NCBI GenBank assembly: GCA_018650645.1
Contig: JABIFP010000020.1
Span: 82,529-146,528, forward strand
Length of the DNA stretch: 64,000 nt
DNA from: Candidatus Magasanikiibacteriota bacterium
Lineage (GTDB): Bacteria; Patescibacteriota; Patescibacteriia; Magasanikbacterales; UBA922
Direction: 5' to 3'
The position numbers and the translations under genes are program-made. Positions 40,871-49,708 of this stretch are shown in pieces. Position 1 is the stretch's first letter; each line of letters starts with the position of its first letter. The notes under the pieces are model-generated. The model did not search any database. It worked only from the letters and a program-made list of their open reading frames with translations, and was not told where the DNA came from.

Positions 40871-41794
40871 ATGGAAGGAATTGTTCGCGAACAGCCCAAG
40901 GCACCACTTAGCCTGGAACAGCTTCAAGGAAAGACAGGATATGAGTTAAAGGGCCTTGCTACTGAGCACAAAGAAAATCCTGCGAATCTCTTCTGGCAAT
41001 TAGTTGCAGCCTCAGATGAATCTTCACTACACCGCAGATTTCCTCTTTCACTAATGGAACACGCAACACATTTGCTTCCCGACGGAAAAAAAGTTTCTGG
41101 GTTTGGAAATAATGACAGCGCAAGAAGAGCCTATTCTGAATTGCTTGATCGGGCCATGCCTGGTTCTGGTCACGATACAAAAAGTATTAGAGCTGAGGAT
41201 CCAAATCATTTTCCAGGTGATCAAAAATACTTGCCCCGATTAGGTAAATATACAAGAACTGAGCAGTTATTTGCAGGAAATCTAGTGTGGACTAGCAAAG
41301 CCCAAGATTTACGTGCGAGAGCCAATATTAAGCGAGGTACTGATACTGCCTCTGCTGCGGAAAAACTGGCAGCACAAGCTGAAAGCAATATACAAGAAAT
41401 AGATGAAACTCTTGGTACAGATGCAGGATCCTCCATTACGCAAGCCCTTGCAAAAGCTACTGAGCTTGCAGTATCACCGCGCAGTGAGCGAGACGTGATA
41501 CAGGCAAGCAGAATATTTGAGCATATTTCTCATACACTGACAGGGGCAATCAATTCTGACTTTGATTACGATGCTGCCCCGGGAACAACTCTCAAAAAGC
41601 ACCCTAAAGATCAGCTGAAAGACGCACTGTCAAAAGAGTGGCTTACTCAAGCCTCTGCTGGAACTACACAGACTGAACAATTACATTCAGCGGCTGAGAT
41701 AAGAGATGCACTGTTTGTCCTTGCAAAAGCACTTGACCAAAGAAGCCTTCAAGGACGAGATGGATTAACAGCTGAAATTGAACAAGCTACATAG
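40871..41794 (+). CDS. Hypothetical orphan protein (helical)
   Basis: 307-aa ORF between two identical terminator copies. Confidence 0.75.
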   Translation: MEGIVREQPKAPLSLEQLQGKTGYELKGLATEHKENPANLFWQLVAASDESSLHRRFPLSLMEHATHLLPDGKKVSGFGNNDSARRAYSELLDRAMPGSGHDTKSIRAEDPNHFPGDQKYLPRLGKYTRTEQLFAGNLVWTSKAQDLRARANIKRGTDTASAAEKLAAQAESNIQEIDETLGTDAGSSITQALAKATELAVSPRSERDVIQASRIFEHISHTLTGAINSDFDYDAAPGTTLKKHPKDQLKDALSKEWLTQASAGTTQTEQLHSAAEIRDALFVLAKALDQRSLQGRDGLTAEIEQAT

Positions 41795-41808
41795 TCTTCA
41801 CAGATTCA

Positions 41809-41840
41809 AAAAACTACTCGTATGAGTGGTTTTTTTGTTG
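41809..41840 (+). repeat. Terminator, copy 2 of the 32-bp direct repeat
   Basis: Identical to 40785-40816; its end overlaps TTGACA (41838-41843) of a TTGACA-17-TAGAGT promoter. Confidence 0.85.
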
Positions 41841-41869
41841 ACAGAAACAGTAAATAGCCGTAGAGTCTA

Positions 41870-42295
41870 GTGAAACACGAACTCTTGAGGGATTCCATGC
41901 GAAATGTGCTATGGACGGCTCTCTTGATTGCCGTCTTTCGATTTGTGACGTATTCACAAGACCTACCTGAGGTACTGTTCTTTGCGGCTTCCTTTGTGGT
42001 CGTCATGCAGAGGATCCTCTATGAGGTGCAGCGCTCGGCAGAGTCGAAGAAGTATCAACGGTGGGCCATCATTGGTAGCTGGTATGTTCAAAACATCAGC
42101 GCCATGGCGGTGATCCTGGCGGCGATCGCCGGGCTCGGACACTGGGTGAACTTTGTGGACGGCCGATCGAACAGTGAACCCGACCCCGTGCCGCTCGCGC
42201 TGCTACTCCTGCTGTGCGTCGTCGGCCTGGCAGGCTTTCTGTCACTCGACCCAACCAACCCAACCAGCCACCTCGGTGGCAAGGAGGACAACTAG
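41870..42295 (+). CDS. Hypothetical GC-rich membrane protein (start may be ATG 41897)
   Basis: Four TM segments; upstream promoter; downstream hairpin GGGCCGC-GCAT-GCGGTCC-TTTT. Confidence 0.7.
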   Translation: MKHELLRDSMRNVLWTALLIAVFRFVTYSQDLPEVLFFAASFVVVMQRILYEVQRSAESKKYQRWAIIGSWYVQNISAMAVILAAIAGLGHWVNFVDGRSNSEPDPVPLALLLLLCVVGLAGFLSLDPTNPTSHLGGKEDN

Positions 42296-42342
42296 TGGGC
42301 CGCGCATGCGGTCCTTTTGCTTTTACGCTATACTATAGTCCT

Positions 42343-42798
42343 ATGAAATATTATATCCTTCTTTTAGCCATTTTCTTTACCTTTGGGTTTGGCTGTACAA
42401 AAACAGTAGCACCAACATATACACCTCCTGAGGGACAGGTGCACATTGATCCGCAAGAACAGGTAACGCTGGAAGGTTACCTTTCAGCATCCAACCAAGC
42501 AGCAGGAAAAACGCTCACTATTGATGAAGTACAAGTATCAAAGCATGCGTGGATTGCTATTTATGCTTCTGATAAAAACAGACCCGGCAAAATATTGGTA
42601 GCGACAGCCGTGTCCCCTGCTGACCGTGGTCCCGTTGCTATTGCATTACCAAACTCTTCAACCGTTGGCGAAATGTACTATATTCTCTTGCATGAAAGCG
42701 GCAGTGAACCAGGATTCAACTTTATGGAAGACGATTTTCCGAGTGATGCGACGAAAGCTACCAGTGTAGAGATTGTTGACAAGAATACACAAATATGA
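42343..42798 (+). CDS. Putative lipoprotein with beta-sandwich domain
   Basis: Start reassigned to MKYYILLLAIFFTFGFGC. Confidence 0.75.
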   Translation: MKYYILLLAIFFTFGFGCTKTVAPTYTPPEGQVHIDPQEQVTLEGYLSASNQAAGKTLTIDEVQVSKHAWIAIYASDKNRPGKILVATAVSPADRGPVAIALPNSSTVGEMYYILLHESGSEPGFNFMEDDFPSDATKATSVEIVDKNTQI

Positions 42799-42815
42799 GA
42801 ACCTGTTCAGCAGGT

Positions 42816-43064
42816 GGGACCATTAACTCACACAGGGAGAGTAATTCAAGGAAACGCCTGCGGGAGAATTTCGCTTTTTAGAAACCCAAGGGTGACTAAA
42901 GCCTGTAAAGGTATAGCGAGAGAGCCTGGAGATTGGCGTCTAGCTCTAGAAAAGAGCATGCAGGTGAAAACCTGTAAGGTCGATGCGGTGAAATACCTCT
43001 CGGCGCATAAGATCTCCTTGCTTTAATCCTTCGAATAGGCCGGTTCGATGCCGGATGGTCCCCA
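42816..43064 (+). ncRNA. tRNA-like structured RNA with a ~175-nt insertion in place of the anticodon loop
   Basis: GGGACCAT/ATGGTCCC acceptor, ACTC/GAGT D-stem, CCGG-TTCGATG-CCGG T-arm, ATTC-AAGGA/TCCTT-C-GAAT stem enclosing several hairpins; terminator follows. Confidence 0.7.
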
Positions 43065-43070
43065 ATTCCC

Positions 43071-43105
43071 TTCCCCAGGTAGCTTGTGCTACCTGGGGAA
43101 TTTTT
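43071..43105 (+). terminator. Intrinsic terminator of the tRNA-like RNA
   Basis: 13-bp perfect stem TTCCCCAGGTAGC-TTGT-GCTACCTGGGGAA followed by TTTTT. Confidence 0.85.
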
Positions 43106-43166
43106 ATACCTCATAAAAAACATCCGGTTTATCCGGATGCTTTTTATTCCACTTTTTTTATGGTTT

Positions 43167-43541
43167 TTATTTTCTTTTAGAAGTCGACTTCTTTTGTGTT
43201 GTTTTTTTTGCCGAAGAATTTTTTTTCCGGCTTATTGTATTTTTTACTTTTTTTTCTAATTTACTGGCCAGTTTTCCAACAATAAACTTCTCAACCAGCC
43301 CGGTCATCATGGAGCTCATAACGCCCATGTTTTTGGAAACACCATCTACCTTTCCTCTCATATACTGAACGGCTTCATTGATGAGTTCAAGTTTGTGCGT
43401 GAGTGATTCTACAATGCGATTCGCGTTCTTCAAAATTCTTGCGGCTTCAAATAAAAGCCAGCAGAGAAATACTGTGAAAAATAGCACACACAGTGCAAGA
43501 GCAACGTACAACACGTCTTGACTCGAACTTACAATGTCCAT
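43167..43541 (-). CDS. Single-TM coiled-coil protein (DUF948-like)
   Basis: N-terminal TM, coiled coil, Lys-rich tail. Confidence 0.7.
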   Translation of the reverse strand: MDIVSSSQDVLYVALALCVLFFTVFLCWLLFEAARILKNANRIVESLTHKLELINEAVQYMRGKVDGVSKNMGVMSSMMTGLVEKFIVGKLASKLEKKVKNTISRKKNSSAKKTTQKKSTSKRK

Positions 43542-43659
43542 AGGTCTCCTTTATAATAACAAGCGCTGTGAGTATATCATAGTTGTATACATCTGTGAAA
43601 TCTATAGACAGACCCATCTCTGCTTGCTACCATGAATATACTATTCTTATATATTCGAT

Positions 43660-44355
43660 ATGAAACATATTGTACTCCTTCTTGCTCTTGTCCTTATGGG
43701 GATGGGATGCCTATCTTCCGCAGAAACGCCCGCATCAGACACCATTAACAGCGCAACACTTCCTGTTAATGCTCAGCCGATGGCTTCTTCTACAGAAACA
43801 CCCCGACCAATAGAAGAACCAATTCCATCTGAACCCCCAACTTCTCCTCCACAAGACTTACCCGCAACACCAGTAGCTCCACCGCAAACAGGCTGCACAG
43901 AAGAAGCAAAAATGTGTGAAGATGGTACAGTGGTTGTCAGAACTGGACCAAATTGTGAATTTGAAGCCTGCCAAGATACACCTATACGTGCTTGCACTGA
44001 CGACCAACAATTCTGCGCTGATGATTCAGTACGCCCAAGAAACTTTGAAACCTGCGAATGGCTCGATTGCCCAGAAGAAGTTACGGTATCTATTTCTGTC
44101 ACAGCAAAAAATTGGGAATTTGTACCCGCACAAATCGAGGTTGAAAAAGGAAACACGGTAGAACTAAGCATCACCAGTATTGACGTTGATCACAGCTTTG
44201 CTCTTCCAGCGTTTGGTATTAATACAAAGCTCAGTCCAAACCAAACGTCAGTAGTCACCTTTACTGCTGATAAAACCGGCTCATTTCCATTTTCTTGCAA
44301 AGTCTTTTGCGGAGAAGGACATAAAGGAATGAATGGTGTGCTGATTGTAAAATAG
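43660..44355 (+). CDS. Lipoprotein with Cys-rich repeats and CuA-type cupredoxin domain
   Basis: GMGC lipobox-like; DVDHSF and CKVFCGEGHKGM. Confidence 0.85.
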   Translation: MKHIVLLLALVLMGMGCLSSAETPASDTINSATLPVNAQPMASSTETPRPIEEPIPSEPPTSPPQDLPATPVAPPQTGCTEEAKMCEDGTVVVRTGPNCEFEACQDTPIRACTDDQQFCADDSVRPRNFETCEWLDCPEEVTVSISVTAKNWEFVPAQIEVEKGNTVELSITSIDVDHSFALPAFGINTKLSPNQTSVVTFTADKTGSFPFSCKVFCGEGHKGMNGVLIVK

Positions 44356-44409
44356 CGCATATAAAAAAAGAGACCCACAACAAAGGTCTCTTTTTATTAC
44401 GTTCATTCT

Positions 44410-46815
44410 TTACCTCACCACTGCCCCAAATTTCTTTTCAACTGCAGCAACCACATGCGCGTGTTCACCATCCACTTCTTCTCCGGTAAGCGTTTTATTA
44501 TCATCCCTATACGTTACTCTGTATGCCATGCTCTTTTTACCATCAGCAATATGTTCACCTTGGTATACATCAAAAAGTTGTACATCTGTAATCATTGGTG
44601 AAACTGCAGCAATTGCTTTACGTACATCAGTATCAGCTGTGATACTCTTAACTTCAAACGCTAAATCGCGTTGCACCACTGGAAATGCCGGTAATGGTGT
44701 ATACGCAATGCGTTCATTTACAAGCGGCGCAAGTCGACTCAAGTTCAACTGCACAACCGCAGTTCTATGTGGCACACCAATCGTATCCTGCACCACAGGG
44801 TGAATCTCTGCAATTGATCCCAAATACGTATCCCCTACTTTTACAAATGCGTGACGACCACCGTGCAAATATTCTGGTGATTCATCTGCTTTTTCAAAGG
44901 TAATGGCAAGTCCCAATCGATCTGCTACATTATGCAAAACACCAGAAAGTTCAAAGAACGGTGTTTCAACGCCTTTTTCTGCATATACCAAGCCTAAATA
45001 CTCGTCTTGCCCTGGTAGCATTTCTTTTTTATCTGGATGCGCAAGTGGCCCGTCCTCTTCCGGTCGGTATCCGCGCCCCGTTTCAAACAGTCTCACTGCA
45101 TCAAATCGATGAAGATTACTTTCTACATTCACCATCATGTTTGGAATCAGTCCACGCCGTACAAACGGTCGGTCTTTTGCCAAAGGATGCGCGAGTTCAA
45201 TATAATTTTCTGTAGTAATACCAAATTTTGCAAGCCACTCCGGAGAAACAAATGAGTAGTTATACACTTCTGTGTACCCAGCTTCATATGCTAAAAGTTC
45301 TTTTACACGCTTTTTCATGTCACGCAGTGGACTTGGCGGTGTTGGACTAATGGGAAACGCTGGGAATGTTGTCGGAATATTTTTATACCCGTAACTACGC
45401 GCAACTTCTTCTGTAATATCTTCCGGAATACCAATATCTCCAGTCGCTCTCCACGTTGGAATGGTCACATATAACGTATCCTCTTTTTGCTCTACCCCAA
45501 ATCCTAAACGTGTAAGCAGCTCGCTCATGTCTTTATCTGAAATATCTACTCCAATCCGAGAACGAATTCTGTCTGCAGAAATTTCAAGCGGCCCTAAATC
45601 TTGCTCAAAAGAATGAATATCTGTGAGATTACTCACCACTTTTGCGTTAGGACATAGTTCAAGTGTCAATTCAACCGCTCGCTTCATGGCAAGTTCTGGA
45701 AGATTCGGATCAAGTCCTTTTTCAAATCGAGTTGATGCGTCAGTTCTTACCCCTAACGCAGTAGAGGTTCTTCGGACACTAAGCGCCTCAAAATTAGCCG
45801 CCTCGTACATGATACTGGTGCTTTGATCTGTTACCCCACTATCGTCTCCTCCTTTTACACCCGCAACAGCAATCGCCCGTTTCTTTTCTGTAATAAGCAG
45901 CATACTTGGTTCTAGTTCATATTCTTCCCCACCAAGTAAGACAATCTTTTCTCCTTTTTTTGCTTTTCTTACCACAACAGATGCCACATCAATAGTATCA
46001 GCATCAAACGCATGCATTGGCTGACCCAATTCAAACATCACATAGCTAGTAATGTCTACAATATTATTAATTGGACGAACCCCCACAGCAAGCAATCGTT
46101 TTTGCATCCATGTTGGAGAAGGCTCAACAGTAATACCAGAAAGCTGCACGCCCATATATCGCGGACACAGTTTCTGATCCTTCACTTTTACTTTTACCGC
46201 AGCTTCTGTTCCTTCTACAACCTCTGCCGGTGCATACGCTTTTAGTTCTGTTTTGTACATGGCAGCAAATTCACGAGCCATGCCGTAATGTCCCCACAAA
46301 TCAGGACGGTTTGTCATTGATTTGTTATCTATATCAAAAATTGTATCGTCTAATTTGAGCGCCTTGATTATTTTTGTTCCGTTTTTCACTTTGGCATCAA
46401 ACATTTGAATGCTCAATCCTTCATCTACCAAGCCTAATTCCTGATCTAAACAAAGCATCCCTTCTGATGTTTCACCACGCATTTTTGATTTGTTGATAGC
46501 AAATCCTCCAGGAAGCACAGTTGGTGCTAAAGCAACCGGTACTTTTGCCCCAACATGCATTTCAAGCTTGTTTCCAAATACAATCTGACGAGGAGATTTT
46601 TCCCCTACCTCAACCTGCGCAATATTTAGCTTCTCTGCATTTTCATGTTTTTCAATCGATAAAATTTCTCCAACAACAACTCCATCAAGAAATGCTGTTT
46701 GCTCAACAACTTCTTCAACTTCAACAGTTTGCACAGTAAGTTCCTCTAACATTTCTTCTCCTGATTTTTTTGGAAGAGTAACAAAGTCCTCAATCCATTG
46801 TTTTGAAATTCTCAT
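44410..46815 (-). CDS. pheT: Phenylalanine-tRNA ligase beta subunit
   Basis: NRPDLWGHYGMARE, INNIVDIT, GQPMHAFD, RFEKG, EDITEEVAR, FDVY. Confidence 0.97.
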   Translation of the reverse strand: MRISKQWIEDFVTLPKKSGEEMLEELTVQTVEVEEVVEQTAFLDGVVVGEILSIEKHENAEKLNIAQVEVGEKSPRQIVFGNKLEMHVGAKVPVALAPTVLPGGFAINKSKMRGETSEGMLCLDQELGLVDEGLSIQMFDAKVKNGTKIIKALKLDDTIFDIDNKSMTNRPDLWGHYGMAREFAAMYKTELKAYAPAEVVEGTEAAVKVKVKDQKLCPRYMGVQLSGITVEPSPTWMQKRLLAVGVRPINNIVDITSYVMFELGQPMHAFDADTIDVASVVVRKAKKGEKIVLLGGEEYELEPSMLLITEKKRAIAVAGVKGGDDSGVTDQSTSIMYEAANFEALSVRRTSTALGVRTDASTRFEKGLDPNLPELAMKRAVELTLELCPNAKVVSNLTDIHSFEQDLGPLEISADRIRSRIGVDISDKDMSELLTRLGFGVEQKEDTLYVTIPTWRATGDIGIPEDITEEVARSYGYKNIPTTFPAFPISPTPPSPLRDMKKRVKELLAYEAGYTEVYNYSFVSPEWLAKFGITTENYIELAHPLAKDRPFVRRGLIPNMMVNVESNLHRFDAVRLFETGRGYRPEEDGPLAHPDKKEMLPGQDEYLGLVYAEKGVETPFFELSGVLHNVADRLGLAITFEKADESPEYLHGGRHAFVKVGDTYLGSIAEIHPVVQDTIGVPHRTAVVQLNLSRLAPLVNERIAYTPLPAFPVVQRDLAFEVKSITADTDVRKAIAAVSPMITDVQLFDVYQGEHIADGKKSMAYRVTYRDDNKTLTGEEVDGEHAHVVAAVEKKFGAVVR

Positions 46816-46818
46816 AGG

Positions 46819-47844
46819 CTAAAATTGTGTCAAAAATCTCAAATCCCCACCGTGTATGTGACGAATGTCTTCAATACCATATTTTGACATAGCGATTCTG
46901 TCTATGCCGTAATCAAATGCATAGCCATTATACTCTTCCGGATCAATTCCACCTTCTCTTAATACATTCGGATGAATCATTCCACATCCAACAATTTCCA
47001 TCCATTTTGTTTTGATCTTATCTCCGGCTTTATAGGTTATTTGCATGTCAATTTCGAATCCAGGTTCCACAAAAGGAAAATGCCCGGGTCGAATGCGCAA
47101 CTTTACATCTTTTTTATACAGCCCCTTAAACATGGCCATAATGGTTCCAATCAAATCGCCAACTGAAAGATCTTTATCAATAACCAGTGCATCAAACTGA
47201 TAAAACGTATGCCCATGTGTAGCATCAATCGTTTCATTTCTAAAGACACGCCCAGGATGCGCTGCTCGAAGTGGTGCCCCATATTTTCTCATGAGCCGCA
47301 CCTGCATGTTTGAAATATGCGCACGCATGAGTTGATTTGGTTTATCTTTTACATAAAAACTATCCATCGATTCTCTTGCCGGATGATCTTCAGGAAAATT
47401 GAGTGAACCAAAGTTATAATAATCACTTTCTAGTTCAGGCCCATCTTCAATCAAAAATCCCATGTTGCGAGCAATTTCTTCGAGTTCCCAGCGCGCTTGT
47501 GTAATTGGGTGAATATGCCCTTTTGCCGCCTGCCCTTTTTGCACCTGCTGCGATACATCAATCGCTTCCTCTGTGGCAAGATTAGCCAATCGCTCTTTAT
47601 CAAGCTCTTCACGCTTGCTACCAAGCATGTCTTGCAGCTCAGTCTTTACAATATTGGCAAGTTGCCCTACTTCTTTTTTTGCATCTCCAGACAAATCCTT
47701 CAGTCCTTTCATGACATCTGTGAGTTTTCCATTTTTTCTCGCAAAAAATCGCTGTTCAATTTCTTCTAGCATTAAAAAATCACGTACATCATCAATCGCC
47801 GATTCAAATTCTTTTTTTATTTGTTCGATCTGATCTTTAATCAT
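46819..47844 (-). CDS. pheS: Phenylalanine-tRNA ligase alpha subunit
   Basis: HPAR, GRVFRNE..DATH, FPFVEPG, GCGMIHPNVL. Confidence 0.97.
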   Translation of the reverse strand: MIKDQIEQIKKEFESAIDDVRDFLMLEEIEQRFFARKNGKLTDVMKGLKDLSGDAKKEVGQLANIVKTELQDMLGSKREELDKERLANLATEEAIDVSQQVQKGQAAKGHIHPITQARWELEEIARNMGFLIEDGPELESDYYNFGSLNFPEDHPARESMDSFYVKDKPNQLMRAHISNMQVRLMRKYGAPLRAAHPGRVFRNETIDATHGHTFYQFDALVIDKDLSVGDLIGTIMAMFKGLYKKDVKLRIRPGHFPFVEPGFEIDMQITYKAGDKIKTKWMEIVGCGMIHPNVLREGGIDPEEYNGYAFDYGIDRIAMSKYGIEDIRHIHGGDLRFLTQF

Positions 47845-47853
47845 ATGCAGAAA

Positions 47854-48306
47854 TTATTCATCTAAATTTCTTTTTGAGTCTAATGTTGTGGTTTGATCCA
47901 AACTTGCCTTCACTCCTGACATATGCACACTTTTATTGTATTGCGTTTCTATCTGTTTCAAAAAGGCTGTTGCAAATGGCGGTAATCCCGCTTCTATTGC
48001 GAAGGCTGAATCAATAATTCTTTTTGCTGCAGTAAACAGCTCTGTATTTTCATGGGATATTTTCTCTTTCCCTGGTGTAAGAAATCGTTCTTGTTCAAAA
48101 AGCTTTGCAATTTCTGTTAACTGATTCTGCAATTTTGTTACAACATTTGCATTCATATCCTTGTTCTCTCTTTTCCAAACATTAAATGCATCCTCAACCA
48201 CAATTTTTATCCGTGCCACATCTTTGAATTGCAAAAGCTCTGCAGGCGAAATGTTCTCATCAGGTCTTTTAAATGTAAGTACATTTTCTGGTGTTGGTCT
48301 TTCCAT
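47854..48306 (-). CDS. Hypothetical protein
   Basis: Fills the gap between rseP and pheS; start placed at MERPT. Confidence 0.6.
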   Translation of the reverse strand: MERPTPENVLTFKRPDENISPAELLQFKDVARIKIVVEDAFNVWKRENKDMNANVVTKLQNQLTEIAKLFEQERFLTPGKEKISHENTELFTAAKRIIDSAFAIEAGLPPFATAFLKQIETQYNKSVHMSGVKASLDQTTTLDSKRNLDE

Positions 48307-48307
48307 A

Positions 48308-49477
48308 CTAAAATAGTTTAGCAATATCTCTAAACGTCACTACAACAATGAGTATAAGCAGCAGCACAAATCCTACGGTATGCGCCTTTTGTTCATATTT
48401 CATTGGTACTTTTTTTCCGGTAATCCCTTCTATCCAGACAAATACTAATCGCCCACCGTCTAATGCTGGAATTGGTAAAATATTTAATGCCGCAAGACTT
48501 AATGAAATCATTGCTGTCACATTAATTAAGTATACTACGCCAAGTTTTACACTCTCTCCAATAATCGATGCGATGCCTACTGGGCCAGATACTTCAAATG
48601 CAGCACCCTGCCCAAGTATTAATCCTTTTACTAAAATGTATAACGATATAAAAATTGCTAATAGACTTGACCATGCTGCCTGCATACCTTTTACAAGGGC
48701 TAAGTACCATGGATATTTGAGCACAGCTCCGTCTGCAAGTGCAACACCAAGTTTATATCCTTTCCCCTCAGTAAGTACTTCCGGTACAACATCTACAGTT
48801 ACTTCTTCTCCGGAACGTTGCAACGTTACACTCACCATGTCGCCTTCACTTTTTTCTATCAGCGCTTGCGCATGTGAAGCATTAATAACATGTTGCCCAG
48901 ACACCGCAATAATAGAATCAGCACCCTTAATCCCTGCTTTTTCTGCTGGGGAATCCGTGAGTACCTGCTGCACCATTGTTACAGGAGGCGAAACGACCGT
49001 TGCATCTTCTGGAATACCATTTGTTACATCCGTAGGGAGCCCAACAGAAAATCCTATACCGAGCAATACTGCTGCAAGTACAAAGTTCATGGTTACTCCT
49101 GCTACAAGCACAATCGATTTTTTCCACGTACTTTTATGTCCAAAACTATCTTTTTGCGCAGCTTCTTCTCCGTTTTCTCCTTTAATTCTACAAAATCCAC
49201 CAAGCGGTAAAAGGTTCAAAGAGTAGAGTGTAGCTGGATATTCTTCTCCTGCTGCAGATACACCCGCTTCAATCGCATTTCGTTTTGCTTTTCTTGGAGA
49301 AACCCACACTAATTTTTTGGTAACAGGATCTTTATACACACCAATTGCAAGCGGTGGAAACCCGAGCGCAAACTCATGTACTTTCATTCCAGAGAGTCTG
49401 GCAGCTATAAAATGGCCAAACTCATGTACAAAAACAAGCAGGCCAAGGATGAGAATAAAGAGAAGTACAGTTGTCAT
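48308..49477 (-). CDS. rseP: RIP metalloprotease RseP (M50, PDZ)
   Basis: HEFGH, LPLGGF, PDZ, NILPIPALDGG. Confidence 0.95.
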   Translation of the reverse strand: MTTVLLFILILGLLVFVHEFGHFIAARLSGMKVHEFALGFPPLAIGVYKDPVTKKLVWVSPRKAKRNAIEAGVSAAGEEYPATLYSLNLLPLGGFCRIKGENGEEAAQKDSFGHKSTWKKSIVLVAGVTMNFVLAAVLLGIGFSVGLPTDVTNGIPEDATVVSPPVTMVQQVLTDSPAEKAGIKGADSIIAVSGQHVINASHAQALIEKSEGDMVSVTLQRSGEEVTVDVVPEVLTEGKGYKLGVALADGAVLKYPWYLALVKGMQAAWSSLLAIFISLYILVKGLILGQGAAFEVSGPVGIASIIGESVKLGVVYLINVTAMISLSLAALNILPIPALDGGRLVFVWIEGITGKKVPMKYEQKAHTVGFVLLLILIVVVTFRDIAKLF

Positions 49478-49708
49478 ATTTCTTGCAGTTTATGCGATCA
49501 TTGTGCCATAGAGAGCAAAAAAAAACAACCGCTATGCGGTGTTTTTGAAGTGATTAAGTAGAATCCCCCGACGGATTCCACCCGCAATGCACCTGGCAAC
49601 TACCTTGCCTTCACAAGCCCTAGGGTCTCCAGCCCCAAAGCTCAGCGCAGCAGCTGCTGTGTATCGTGTTGCTCGTGTTGTCGTTGTCGCCGAAGCGACG
49701 TCGTAGCG

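Noticed and set aside
42816-43064. Calling the structured RNA a canonical tmRNA, RNase P RNA or group I intron-containing tRNA
   Set aside because: No G3.U70 pair or plausible tag frame and a D-stem is present; no GAGGAAAGUCC/CR-V P4 pair; no GACUA/UAGUC P7 or splice sites that restore an anticodon loop. These remain alternatives to test computationally.
42814-43123. Short ORFs 42814-43026 (+) and 42896-43123 (-)
   Set aside because: No protein motifs; the region is better explained by RNA structure and terminators.
48348-49226. Long antisense ORFs (also 34337-35134, 3671-4327, 14673-15176)
   Set aside because: They overlap well-supported genes on the opposite strand and have no recognisable motifs.
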